Positions 38,113 through 58,447 of a DNA stretch of 64,000 bases are shown here, piece by piece (the first letter of the stretch is position 1; each line of letters begins with the position of its first letter). A program made the position numbers and the translations under genes. The DNA is from the human T2T-CHM13v2.0 reference genome, Homo sapiens. The notes beneath the pieces are model-generated. The model had not been told where the DNA came from. It did no database searches and saw nothing but the letters and a program-made list of their open reading frames with translations. The stretch lies in NCBI RefSeq assembly GCF_009914755.1, contig NC_060926.1; one strand, 5' to 3'.

Positions 38113-39510
38113 CTCTGTAGGTATTTCTCCAAAGAAGCTAAGCAGATGCCCAATAAACATATGGAAAGATGTTCAGCATCACTAATAATTAGGGAAATGC
38201 AAATCAAAACCACAGTGAGATGTTATTTTGCGACCATTTAGGATAGTTATAACAACAACAACAAACGACAAAAGCAAGTGATGAGGTTGTAGAGAAATTG
38301 GAACCTTGGTGCATTGCTGGTGGGAATGTGAAATGGTGCAGCCACAGTGAGAAACAATAGGGTGGTTTCTCAAAAAATTAAAAATGAAATTACCATATGA
38401 TCTAGTGATCTCACTTCGAGTTATATCCAGGATAATTTAAATCAAAGATTCAAACAGGGCCAGGCAAGGTGGCTTATGCCCGTAAATCCCAGCACTTTAG
38501 GAGGCCAGATTACTTGGGCTCAGGAGTTCAAGACCAGCCTGGGCAACATGGTGAGATCCTGTCTCTACCAAGAAACCCCCCAAAATTAGCTGTACATGTT
38601 GGCGCATGCCTGTAGTACCAGCTGCTTGGGAGGCTGAGGTGAGAGGATCACTTGAACCCGGGAAGCGGAGGTTGCAGTGAGCTGATGATCATGCCACTGT
38701 ACTCCAGCCTGGATGACAGAGCAAGACCCTGTCTCAAAACAAACAACAACAAAAAAGACTCAAACAGCTATTTGTACACCAGCATTCATAGTAGCATTAT
38801 GCACGATAGCTGAAAGGTGGAAACAACTCACATGTTCATCAGTGGATAAATGGATAAACAAAATGTGGTATACACATAGAATGGAATATTATTCAGCCTT
38901 AAAAGGGAGGGAAATTCTAACATGCTACCACATGGATACACCTTGAAAATAGTTTACTAAGTAAAATGAGTTGGACACAAAAGGACAAATAATGTGTGAG
39001 GTACCTATAGTAGACAAAATTAGTGGAATAGTGGTTACTGGGGCCTGGGGGACAGAGTAATGGGGAGTTATTGCTTAATGATCACAGAGTTTTAGTTTGG
39101 AAGGATGAAAAAGTTCCAGAGAGGAATAGTGTTGATGGTTGTATAACAGTGTGAATTAATTTAATGCCAATGAATTGTACACTTAAAAATGTTTGAAATG
39201 CATGAAAAGACAAATACTATGTGATTTCATTTATATGAATATGAGGCTATCTAAAGTCAAATTCATAGAAACAGAAATAATGGTGATTACCAGGGGCTGG
39301 GGAAGAGGGAAATAGGAAGGGGTTTAATGAGTATAAAACAACGCATTACAGTTTTGCAGAATGAAAAGGCTCTGGAGATCTGTTGCACAGTGGTGTGATA
39401 CACTTAACACCTACTGAACTGTACACATTAAAAATGGTTAAGATGGCAAATTTAATGTTATGTTTTAGAAAATGGTTTAAATGGTAAATGTTTTAGATAT
39501 ATTTTCCCCA
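38113..39510 (+). mobile_element. Old L1 (L1MB-like) 3' fragments, interrupted by an Alu (38458-38757) and by a second nested L1 3' end
   Basis: Contains the L1 ORF2 3' motif ...AGGGAAATGCAAATCAAAACCACA... and the L1MB-type 3' UTR motif ...GATGAAAA(A/G)G(T/C)TC...TGTACAC...AAAAATG twice. The Alu is flanked by a TSD AAAGA(T/C)TCAAACAG. Confidence 0.85.
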
Positions 39511-39877
39511 CCGCTCAACAAAACCCAAAAAACTAACACTCGACCCAGTTCTCTAAAAGAGCATTTGATCACAGACGGCCCCTCCTGTTCCAGGTGTTAG
39601 CTACTGTTAACCAGTGGTTGTGAATCAAGAGGATCCTTTATGGTACTTTCCCATGCTTTAATATCACTGGTCTGTACTTTCAGTTGTTGAAGGCAGATTT
39701 GTCTTTTTGTTGTCTGTATTTGCATAGACCTTCTTGGAATGTTAGAATCACAGAATGTTAGTGCAGGAATGAACCCTTAAATGAATTTTCAAAGTGGGAA
39801 AACTGAGACTGGTGAGGTAAAGTAACTTCCAGAAGGCCAAAAGGCCACATGGCTAATTAGTTTTTTTTTTTTTTTGA

Positions 39878-40171
<294 letters not shown>

Positions 40172-40461
40172 TAGAATCCACAGCCAATCTTATTCATAAC
40201 CACATTGCTCATTCTGAGAATTTCATTGTTATGTTAAAAAAAATCAGTGATAGTTTTCCTGCTCATCAATTTCAATTTGAAAAGTAGAGTTGCTGTGGTT
40301 TTGTTTTTGTTTTTTTTTTTTGGAGGGGCACGAATAGGTAAGTAACAAGTCTTAGAATAAAATATCAAGGATTTTGTTCGGGTTACTTGTCCTTTGCCAT
40401 CTTAGCGCATAATAGAGAAGAGCCGATGATGTTTCTTTTCAAGAATTGTGGTGTATAATGA

Positions 40462-40846
<385 letters not shown>

Positions 40847-41322
40847 GTCTAACAGTAGAAGGTTGCCCAGGCAGAGCTGTGGTAGCAGTTGTGAAGAACG
40901 AAGGAGTAGGAGCTTGTTGAGTGTTGATTTACAAGTAAGAGACCATTATTTAGCACAAAATATAAATTGTATGATTAGCTGAAGAGATTTGCCTGGGAAA
41001 ACTGTTTATTGAGATGGTTAAGTCATAAAGGAGGAGTTTCATTTTTATTTGATTTGATTTTTGTAGAGACAGGGTCTTGCTGTGTTGCCCAGACTGGATC
41101 AAATTCCTGGGCTCAAGCAGTCTTCCTGCCTCAGCCTCTAAAGCCACCAAGGCCAGCTTTTTAAAACTTTATTTTATATATAAAAAAAGAGTTTAAAGGA
41201 TTACAAAGGATGTTGAGGTTAACAGGACATCTGAACCCAGAAGACTAAAAGTCTTGTAAAGGTCATAGAGGTGGGTCCTTCAAATAGATGAATAATTGAG
41301 GGTTTATGAAATTAGTTCATTA

Positions 41323-41631
<309 letters not shown>

Positions 41632-42194
41632 TCAAAGAAAAAAAAAAAAGAAAAGGAATTTGAAAAGTTGATTAAAATGAAATTTTAGTGAAGAAAACTC
41701 AGTCTTAAGGGAAATCTGAAATGAGAAAAACGTTTTTATTTGAAGACAGTGCAGTGTATTTTGGGTTGCAAGCATAAGTGATTGCTTGATGTTTATTCTT
41801 CTTTCCAGAGCTGAAAAATAATATTTTTGAGGAAAACAGCAACTATTAATGGAATGCTACATTTCTTTTTTTTATTTATTATTTACTGTTGATTAAAAAA
41901 AATTAATAGAGATGGGGTCTCGCCATGTTACCCAGGCTGGTTTCGAACTCCTAGGCTCAATCAGTACTCCTGCCTCAGCCTCCCAGAGTGCTGGGATTTA
42001 TAGGTGGGAGCCACCACGCCTGGCCTAGAATGCTGTGTTTCACATACGACCCAGAAACAGAGCTTCCAAGGTTTAAAACATTAGAAAATGGAAAAACCAT
42101 TATTCTGGAGACCCAAAAAGTACATCATATCAAAATTAGAACAAAGGACAGTGTTGATTTGTTTCTTTCGTATAATTAGCAATGCTTCTGTACA

Positions 42195-44560
<2,366 letters not shown>

Positions 44561-44749
44561 GAAGGCCTTTTCCCCTCTCCTAATTTCATATAGTTAATCA
44601 GATGATGTAGGAGTTCTCAAGATTTCAGAGATTCTGTATGACCTGACAGGAATGAAAATTGACTTAGTGGTTGACTCTTGCCGTAATTTACACTGCGCTT
44701 TCTGAAAGTTTTTTTTCCCTCTTTTTTTTTTTTTTGAGATGGAGTTTAG

Positions 44750-45007
<258 letters not shown>

Positions 45008-46670
45008 TAGATGAGAATTTTAACCTTTTATAATCTCATCCCGCTCTCTGTTTCAGTTCTTTGTTAAAATGGTATGCAGTGGTTACATTACTATGCCTGT
45101 ATAAATATTCCATTTAGTTAAGTAGCCTACTATATTTCCTTTGTTCTGAAGTTAAAAATTCCTCTTTATTTGATTAATCTCCATCTTCCTATGTACTCCA
45201 GCAACCTCTCAAAATGAATTTCCACATAGCCAAACCACCAGATAATAATCTTTTGGTTTCTGTTGTTTTCCTGGACACCTCTCTGCTAGATACTTTCTCT
45301 GTCCTGCTTCAATAATGGACTGGTTATTAATTATGCCTGGTTGCACAATTAATGCCTTGGGAATTTCCTAAGGGTCTCTCCTGTATGCGATACCCTGTTT
45401 TTTTGCAATACCTTTCTTTGTTGGTTTACTGCCTTTGAGCATATCATCCTATCGTAGCTTTTTGCTAAAAGGGTACATGGTAAAGGAAATTTTTTGAGGC
45501 TTTCCATGTTTGACAAAGTCTGAATTCTTCCCTTTTCACTCAGTTGAGTGTTTGACAAGGCATAGAGTTCTAGGTTGAAAACAGTTTTCCCTTAGGACTT
45601 TGAAAACATTACTCCATTGTCTTCTAGTTGCTGACAGTTCTGATACCATTCTGATTCTTTATCCTTTATTTGTAGGATAATTATTTATTTATAGTAGCCT
45701 AGTTTATCTTTGGAAGATTTCTAATTTTTTAAGTTCTTAATAAAAAATTTCATAATTACGTACCTTGGTAGGTGGGTCTTTTTTATAAATCTGTTGTTCT
45801 GGGTACTGGGTGGGCCTTTCCAGGTCCTTCCAACTTTGTTAATTTGTTCTACTGCCTGGGAGATTCCTTTGACTTTATCTTTTTACCTTTATATTGAAGG
45901 TTTTCAGCTGTCATATTTTTAATTTCTGGTAGTTTTTTCTTGTCTATTCCTTAATTTTTTCTTTGGAGACAGGGTTTCACTCTGTCACCCAGGTTTGTGA
46001 CAGCCTTACTGCAGCCTCAACCTCCTGGGCCCAAGCAATCCTCCCACTTCAGCCTCCTGAGTGGTTGGGACCACAGGTGCATACCACCACACGTGGCTAA
46101 TTTTTTCTCTTTTTTTTCTATACATGGTTCTCATTTTGTCTCCTGGGCTCAAGTGATTGTCCCACTTCAGCCTCCCAAAGTGCTGAGATTACAGGTGTGA
46201 GTCCTTGTGCCTGTCCTTAAATTTTTTTGTTTGACTTTTCTTTTTAGAGACAGAGTCTTGCTCTGTCTCCCAGGCTAGAGTGCAGTGGCGTGATCAGGGC
46301 TCTCTGCAGCCTCAACCTCCCGGGCTCAAGAGATCTTCCTGGGTTCAAGTGATCTTCCCACCTCGGCCTCCTAAGTAGCTAGGACTACAGGCATGTGCCA
46401 CTGCATCTGGTTAATTTTTAAATTTTTTGTAGAGACTGGGCCTCACTATGTTGTCCAGGCTGATCTTAACTCCTGGGCTCAATTGATCCTCCTACCTTGG
46501 CCTCCCAGAGTGCTGGGATTTTAAGTGTGAGCCACCATGCCTGGCATAAATTTGTTTTTTAAAATTCTTGTTTTTTGAATATACTATTTTCTCTTCTTGG
46601 AGGATAGCTTATTTGATGTTTTCTTCTATTTCTTACTTTCTCTTCCCTTCCTTCAAGTCCTCCCTTTTTG

Positions 46671-46687
46671 CCCCCCCCCCCCCCCCC
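46671..46687. repeat. Poly(C)17 homopolymer
   Basis: Directly visible. Confidence 0.97.
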
Positions 46688-46758
46688 GTTTTATTGTAAA
46701 TTTTTTTTGGAAGCCTTCCTCAAATGATTGTTGATTTCAGACTGCACATTCATAATTA

Positions 46759-47100
<342 letters not shown>

Positions 47101-47255
47101 TCACGCCTGTAATCCCAGCACTTTGGGAGGCTGAGGCAGGCGGATCAGGAGGTCAGGAGTTCCAAGACCAGCCTGACCAACATGGTGAAACCCCGTCTCT
47201 ACTAAAAATACAAAAATTAGCTGGGCATGGTGGCACGCACCTGTAATCCCAGCTA

Positions 47256-47385
<130 letters not shown>

Positions 47386-47523
47386 TCATTAAAAAGATGT
47401 TTGCAGCAAGACGTGGTGACTTATGCCTGTAATCCTAGCACTTTGGGAGTCTGAGACAGGAGGATTGTTTGAGCCCAGGAGTTTGAGATCAGCCTAGGCA
47501 ACATAGGGAGACCCCCGTCTCTA

Positions 47524-47655
<132 letters not shown>

Positions 47656-49009
47656 CTATTCTCCAGCCTGGGCAACAGAGTGAGACGCATTCTCAAAGAA
47701 AAGATGTTTTCAAGGTCTAAATATGGGCAGGGCTTTTCACTGGTGGGCTCTGCTACAAGATGATGGAACCGTGAGCCAATTTTTTTTTTTTTTTTTTTTC
47801 ACTGAGAGAGATTCCAAGCATTAATGTTTGTTGGTCTTGTTTCTGGAGCCATTCTGTTTCTCCAGAGAAAGACTCAGATCACCTGCCTCGAATCTGGGGA
47901 GGAGAATGTAAGCTTGACTGCCTGCTTTCTTGAATCTGAGCAGCTAAAGGAACTTGGGTGGGCAGGTGTGGGGTTAACTTTAGTTTCATTGTACACATTT
48001 GTATTTAATCTTATTTTTTCAAATCTCCTATCTGTAGTCTCATTCCCATACTCCATTTAGCCTGGTGTTGCTGAGTGTATCTGTTGCAGATTTTCTAGAG
48101 AATGAGCCTTTAGACACCTGCTTTGGTCTTGAGGGATGACAATATTGGTATATGAGATGGAAGCTATGTGTTGGGGTGTCCTTATATACACCCCTCACTT
48201 TCTGCCTTGGTGTCTGATATCTCTTACTGCTAAACCCTCCCAAATGAATTGACTTGTTCCTCTTTGATGTCTTCAGTGGGCCTTGAAGTTGTAAGCTTGT
48301 TTTCATCTACTGTGGTTACAGTTGCAATGTCTATTCATTGAAATGGAGGAAAAGTTTATATTTCTTGTTTTCTCTATGTTGGTGTGACTTTGGAGAGAAG
48401 GGGTTAGAAAGATCTCTCTGCTGTCTCAACTGGAGGTTGAGGTAATTTTTGACTTCAAATGATTTTTGACTCCACTTTTTTAAAACTCGTAACATTAGTA
48501 GAGTTGGGGTGAATGATATTTTGCTATTGTTTTTGTAAATATCCAGTCCTCCTTCAAAATAATGAGATTTTTGTTCTTTAGGATAGTGGAATGTAGTATT
48601 GAGTCCAAGTAGTTCCACCACTATCCAGATCAGTGACATTTAAAGGAGACAGCTTTAATTTAGATGTGTAATTTTTAGCTGATTTACTTGGGGGGAAATG
48701 GAGTATTTTTGCTTTTTGAACAAAGTAGAACTGTAGTCTTAAATTTCAATCTTATGCTCTTGATGGATACTATTTTATAGAATACTGAACAGCAAGTGAT
48801 TCGGCAAATTCATAATCTATTAGAGGATTTCAGTGGGTCCTATATATCATAGCATTTGGCATTGAATAATAAGTTATCATTCTTGATTTTTTGCTGGTTT
48901 GAAACCTGGTAAATATTCGTGCTTACAAAGTGGGAGTATTGTTCATCTACCTCTTTATATATTCTTAGTCTTACATAAATGCTTTTGCTTTCCTTAAATT
49001 AGATATTAA

Positions 49010-49846
<837 letters not shown>

Positions 49847-50099
49847 TAATGTGGGGATATATATTCAGCATAGTTAATAGGCAAGAGTGCTATGGAAGGT
49901 AAATATAATATCAGAATAGTTGTTCAAACATTAACTCTCTAAGAGATTAAGCATTTTTAAAACTTTTTCGTTATTTTGAAAAATTTCTAACCTGCAGGAA
50001 AGTTAGAACACTCATTACGATGAATCCCCTTAGATCTTCCAGATTCACCAGTTGTCAGCATTTTGCTACATTTGTTTTTATATCTCTCAAGAGAGTTTA

Positions 50100-50302
<203 letters not shown>

Positions 50303-51016
50303 TTAAAGATCTGCATTTTGAGATGAGCATAGTCTTTTTTTTTACAAACTAGAAAATTAAGTTATAATCCCCTGTGTTTGCCATTTATTGAAAAAAAAAA
50401 TTGAGGCTTTTAATATGTTAGGCACCCTCTACTAAGCACTAGGGATGCAATGGTGTGTAGTATACAGTTGGTGGCTGCTCTTGTCTAGTTTCAGTTCTAG
50501 TGGAGGATTGTTAGAAGTGCACTAAAATCCAACTACTTTCTTATCATCTGAAGTTAGAATATGATTCTCAGTATCTTTGTTGCTCTTCTAAGACATTTTA
50601 CATTGTGGGAAATACAGGCTTTATGCCTTTTAAGTCACTATTTTTGTTTTTTGAGACAGTAGCTGGGATTACAGGCATGCGACACCACACTTGGCTAATT
50701 TTTTTTTTTTTTTTTGGAGATACTCACTCTTTCTCCCAGGCTGGAGAGCAGTGGTGTGATCTTGGCTCACTGCAACCTCTGCCTCCCGGGTTCAAGTGAT
50801 TCTCTGGCTTCAGCCTCCTGAGTAGCTGGGACTACAGGTGCACACCACTGCGCCCAGCTAATTTTTTGTATTTTTAGTAGAAACGGGGTTTCAACATGTT
50901 GTCCAGGCTGGTCTTGAACTCCTGACCTCAGGTGGTCTGCCTGCCTCAGCCTTCCAAAGTCCTGGAATTACAGGTGTGAGCCACCCTGCCCAGCCTAATT
51001 TTTGTGTTTGTAGTAG

Positions 51017-51376
<360 letters not shown>

Positions 51377-51413
51377 TAGTAGAGATGAGATCTCTCTATG
51401 TTGTCTAGGCTAG

Positions 51414-51740
<327 letters not shown>

Positions 51741-52927
51741 TGATCCACCCACCTTGGCCTCCCAAAGTGCTGGGATTACAGGTGTGAGTCACCGAGCCTG
51801 GCCCTTTGTTTTAAGATGTAGAATTTTAAACACTCAGTTTAGTAAGACTACATTTATCTAGAAATTAGTCTTTTATCAATCTCTGAGTACAATCCAGACT
51901 CAAAATAAACAAGATGTATTTTAATGTATTCCCTAAATTATTTATTTTTCTTGAGACAGATTCTAGGTCTGTCACCCTGGCTAGAGTGTAGTGGTGTGAT
52001 CATAACTCACTGTAACCTTGAACTCTCGGGCTCAAGCAGTCTTACCCATTAGCCTCCTGAGTAGCTAGGACTACAGATGCATGCCACCACACCCAGCTAG
52101 ATTTTTTTGTTTTTTGTAGAGGCAGAGTTTTGCAGTGTTGCCCAAGTTGGTCTCGAACTCCTGGCCTCAAGCGATCCTCTTGCCTCCTAAAGTGCTGGAA
52201 TTACAGGTGTGAGCCACTGAGCCTGGCCCTAAAAACTGTGTGGTGCCAACTATGAAGGACTCTGATCTGACAATAAGCTTGTACTTTGCTATATAGAGGC
52301 GTCGTGAGTGGCAGCATTAGCTCTATGCCACGTATTTCTGGTACTGCCACTGGCTGGGCCAATTGGTGCCATTAACTTAGGGAATATGCAAGAAGGAGCA
52401 GATCTGAGAGGCATGATATTCCACCCTGTGACATGTGCTTGTAGGATATCTAAGTTAACGTGTCCAGTAGACATTTGTATGTTATGTCTGGGAGGTAAGG
52501 AGTAGAATCTAGTCTTGAGAAATAAAACTACTTGAAGTCATAGTGGCTTCAATGAGCATGGAGTGAGAAGACCTCCAAAAGCTAAGGAAGCTGGGCATGG
52601 TGGTGGGTGCCTGTAGTCCCAGCTACTGGGAGACTGGAGGCAGGAGGATTGCTTGAGCCCAGGAATTTGAGGTTGCATTGTGCACAGTTGCGCCTATGAA
52701 TAGCCATTGCATTCCAGCCTGGGCAACATAGACAGTCTCTAAAAAAAAAAAAAAATTAAAAAATAAAAACTATAAGGAATATTAACATTTAAGGTGTAGA
52801 CAGGATAGGAATCCAGCCAAGAAATTAAGAAGCAGTGGCTAGAGTGGTTGGGGGGATGGTGTAGAGAAAAAGAACATGGATTAGTTAAAATTTGTTTTGT
52901 CCCTTATTTGACTAAAGGCAAGTTTCT

Positions 52928-52971
52928 TTCATTCATTCATTCATTCATTCATTCATTCATTCATTCATTCA
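52928..52971. repeat. (TTCA)11 tetranucleotide repeat replacing the poly(A) tail of an antisense Alu
   Basis: Directly visible. The Alu TSD TAAAGGC(A/T)AGTTT lies at 52913-52925 and 53255-53267. Confidence 0.95.
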
Positions 52972-53084
52972 GAGACGGGGTCTCACTCTTTCCCCAAGGC
53001 TGGAGTGCAGTGACGCGATCGCTGCTGACTGCAACCTTCATCTCCCGAGTTCAAGTGATTCTCTCACCTCTGCGTCCCCAGTAG

Positions 53085-53261
<177 letters not shown>

Positions 53262-54909
53262 TAGTTTTAAAGTCTCTCTGAACTTCTCTTTTAGATAGGG
53301 GCTGATAACCCCTACTTTGAAAAAATTGATTGAATTAAATGGAAAGATGTGAACTGTAGTACAGAGCCTGGACCATAGTAGATACTCAGATATTTGTTAA
53401 GAAGACTAAAAATCTTGGAGGTATCCTTGATGCCTCCTTCACTGGTATCTCACATTAGCAGATTCTTTTGGATTAACCTCCAGAATTTCCCTGCTTCTCA
53501 TTATCTCCGCTGCTACCAGCCTGGTCCATGACACCATCATGTTGCCTGGATTATTGTAAGTTCTTAGCTGGCCTCCTTGCTTTCTTTCTTGTCCTCTACA
53601 ACCCCTTCTTGACAAGGGGGCACCTATAATGATTCATTTAAAGTTGAATTCATATATGTCACTCTTCTACTCCTCTGCTTAGAGCCTTTAGTGGCTTTCA
53701 GTCTCAGAAAGAACATGTAAGGCTCCGTGTCCTTACATGATATCCTGATGCTTTTTTCTTTTCTTTTTTTTTAAATTGAGACAGGGTTTTGCTATGCTGC
53801 TCACTCTGGCCTGGAATTCCTGGGTGCAAGCAGTCCTCCCACCTCAGCCTCCTAAGTAGCTAGGATTACAGATGTATACCACCGTACTGTGCCCCGGCTA
53901 AATCTGATACCTCTTTGCTTTGAGCTTCAACTCCTAACTTAGATTGTTTTGTTTACCCTGCAGCAATTCATCTTTGCTCTCTTTTGAACTTGCCAAGCAC
54001 ACTCCTGCCTCAGGACCTGTGCGCTTGTTGTTCTCTGGCTGTAGCCACTCTGCCTAGGTACTTAACTTGTGTGGCATATTCTCTCATTTCTTCCAGGTTT
54101 CTGCTCAGATAGCATTTTGTCAGTGAAGTCTTCCCTTTCTATCCTATAATAAAATAGCAACAGCTCCCCTCTTCCAGTTCAGATCTACCATTCTGCTTAC
54201 CTGACTTCTACACAGTAATTAATATGACTTCTGATTAAGTTTTACTTGTTTTGTTAATTGGCCATCTCCTTTAGAATCTGAACTGCTGAGGGCAGGGATG
54301 TCTGCTCACCTCTATATCTCCCTAGGACAATGCCTGTACATTCTCAAATATTTGAAAGACAAAAATGATTTAATATCTGTTTCTAGTGATCTCTAAATCA
54401 TAGACCACATTTAACAGTTCTGTATCTTAAATACAGTTCCTTGTATATAGTAGGTGCTTTATAAAAGTTGATGTTGCAGTGTGAAGTATTACACTAATTG
54501 CTTTACCAGTTTGGAAATCTGTACTTGATCATTACAGTGGACTCTTTATTTAGGAGCCCCAACAAACTTAAAGTTGGAGATGCAGTATATTTTTGTTTTG
54601 CTAATGCATTCATTCATTCGAATGTTTGAATAGTCCAGTATGTGCTAGATATTGGGGATATGGCAGCAAAGTTCTTATGAAATTTTATTCTAGTGGGAGA
54701 GACAGATGTATCAAATAAACACAATGTACTAGAATATAACTTCTAACATTTAGTAGCATAAGCAAGCATACATTAGAATAACCCTTAGTTTAGGGATTTT
54801 GTTTTTTTAACCTAAATGCAAAATTTGAGAAGCACATGGTAAGTAAATATTTCAGAAATTTGTTGGGGTAAAAATTGTGAGTACTTTGGTATTAAAATTA
54901 TAATTACTC

Positions 54910-55280
54910 AACAAATTAAAAATGGAATTACCATACGATGCAGCAATCCCACTTCCAAGTATATATCCCAAAGAACTGAAAGCAAGGTTTTGAGATCTTT
55001 GCATACCCATGTTATAACAGCACTATTCACAATAGCCAAGAGGTGGAGACAACTTAACTGTCCATCGGTGGTTATCAGGAGCTGGGGGAGGGAAGGGGTG
55101 AAGGAGAGTTGTTTAATGGGTATGGAGTTTCATTCTGCAAGATGAAAAAGTTCTGGAGATACGTTTCACAACACTGAAAATTGCTACTGAACTGTACACT
55201 TAAAAATTGTTAGTGGTAAGTTTTAATAGCTTTGATGTGTTTTAAATTATGTGGGTTTTTTTTACCACAATAAAAATATT
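54910..55280 (+). mobile_element. L1MB-like 3' fragment with internal deletion
   Basis: GAATTACCATACGATGCAGCAATCCCACTTC...CTGTCCATCG joins directly to GTGGTTATCAGGAGCTGGGG...GATGAAAAAGTTCTGGAGAT...TTACCACAATAAAAA. Confidence 0.75.
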
Positions 55281-55528
55281 AAAAGATTGTCATAACTAGG
55301 TTGGGATTGCATAGCATAGTTCAGGCCATACCATCATGGTCATGTTCTAAGAACACATAATAATAGCTAGAATTGGAGGTAGAGGCAGATTACTTATAAT
55401 GCCAGTCTTTTAAAATCCTCCTTAATTGGCAAGAGTCTGAAGAAGCTTGTTTGGATTTAGAATTTGTGAATTCGTGTGAATGCCATGAATTCTCTAATAT
55501 GGAGGGGGAAAGAGAAGGAAATTATTGA

Positions 55529-55918
<390 letters not shown>

Positions 55919-58162
55919 TGTTCTCACAGTAGTTCTCTGAGGAAAATTGTATATCCTTATTTTGCCAGTGAGAAAATTTTGGATTAGAAACATTAGGTAA
56001 TTTATCAAAGAAGGTTATGTAGCTAATAGTAAGTGGTAGAACCAGAATCGCTAATCCAGGTCTGTCAGACTCCAGAAACCATGTTCTTTCTATCACATTA
56101 TGCCAGAGAAGCTGGAAATAGATATTTTCTTTTAAAAAAGTAAAACTTACTAGTTACAAAAACACAACAATAAAAAATCTGCTGGCCCGACTTAAATGTC
56201 TTTCAAGATGGCTACAGAGCTTCCATTTTGCTACTTGAAAAAAACTTTGTTGAAAAATAGCTTCTAGATGAGTGATTTCTTCAGTTACATGTAATTTTGG
56301 GAGTGGTTATAGACAGACTAGATGTAGTTTCTTTATATAAAATAACTTGATTTGCTTCTTTAAAAATATAGGTTGAAAGAGCTGATACTCAGTTGAAAAT
56401 TTTTTTTTCCATTTATCTCTGTCTTTTTTTTTTTTTTTTTTTTTTTTGTTCGTTTGTTTTTTGAGACAGGGTCTGGCTCTGTCACCTGGGCTGGATTGCA
56501 GTGGTGCCATCTCAGCTCACTGCAACCTCTGCCTCCCGGGCTCAAGCTATCCTCCCACCTCAGTGCCCCCAAGTTGCTTGGACCACAGGTGCACACCACC
56601 AGGCCCGGCTAATTTTTTGTGATTTTTATAGAGACGGGATTTTGCCATGTTGCCCAGGCTGGTGTTGAACTCCTGAGCTCAATTGATTTGCCCACCTGTG
56701 CCTCCCAAAGTGCTGGGATTACATGTGTGAGCCACTGTGCCCAGCCCTGTTTTCCTTTGAGAGACAGGGTCTTGCCCTGTCACCCAGACTAGAGAACAGT
56801 GGCACAGTAATAGGCCACCACAGCCGTGTTGGCTGCCCATGTAGCTAATATTACAGGTGCATGCCACCATGCCTGACTAATTAAAAAAAATTTTTTTTTT
56901 GGTAGAGACAGGGTCTTGTTAGGTTTCCCAGGCTGGTCTCGAACTCCTACCTTCCATTAATCCTCCTGCCTTGGCCTCCCAAAGGGCGGTAATTATAGGT
57001 GTGAGTCATTGTCCCCAGTCTTATTTTTCTCGCTTAACAGTAATTTTAAGTAGTCATCTCTCTTCACTTCATATCTGCTCCCCACCCCACCCCCCCTTGT
57101 TTTTGAGACAGAATGTCACGCTGTCACTCAGGCTGGAGTACAGTGCTACGATTTCGGGTCACTGCAGCCTTGACCTCCTGGGCTCAAGTGCTCCTCCTGC
57201 CTCAGCCTCCAATGTAGCTGGCTAATTTTTTTTTATACAGGCAGGGCCTCAGTTTGTTGCCCAGGCTAAACATCATATGCTTTTAAAGGAACCTGCTGAA
57301 ACAGCAAAGTCTCTTACCATGAACAGTTGATGGTTCTAGGAGCTTGGGGAAAAGGGGTGGAGTTGGGGTTTCTGTATGTGATGTCTTTTTTGGTTCAGAA
57401 TAAATTTTTTTTGTGTGTGGTAAGTTACTATAGTAAGGGTAATTTCCCATAATAGGCAATAATATATACATCTGTTTTTGTTGGAATTATATTTAAACTT
57501 AAATTTTAAAAAGTAGTGCCTGTTAGTTTAAAAACATAGTAATAGATTGTATAGCATAGAAAGTATAAATACTATAATCCTTCATTGCAGCCCATCCTCT
57601 GCTCCATAGCCTTAGTGTAATTTTGGTGGCAATACTTTTTCCAGTGGATCTATGTATTATGATGCTTTTATTTGGAAGTGACAGCCCATCCCCTCCTCCC
57701 CAAACAAACACAACTACAAAAGTGCTGCTGGGCATGGTGGCTCATGCCTGTAATCCCAGCACTTTGGGAGACTGAGGCAGGCAGATCATTTGAGGCCAGG
57801 AGTTTGAGACCAGCATGGTCAACCTGGTGAGACCCCAACTCTACTAAAAATACAAAAATAAGCTGGACCTGGTGGCGCATACCTGTAATCTCAGCTACTC
57901 GGGAGGCTGAGGCACGAGAATTGCTTGAACCACGGAGGTGGGGGTTGCAGTGAGCCGAGATCATGCTACTCCACTCCAGCCTGGGCAATAGAGCGAGACT
58001 CTGTCTCAAAAATAAATAAATAAATAAATAAATAAATAAAGGAAAGGAAAAAAACCCTTCAAACTGGCTTAAACAACAACAAAAAGTTTAAAGAACTTTA
58101 ACCTTCTAAAGAATTGCCACTTCTAGGGTTAGTTTGTTGAGCAACCTCAAGAATCTAAGTTA

Positions 58163-58447
<285 letters not shown>

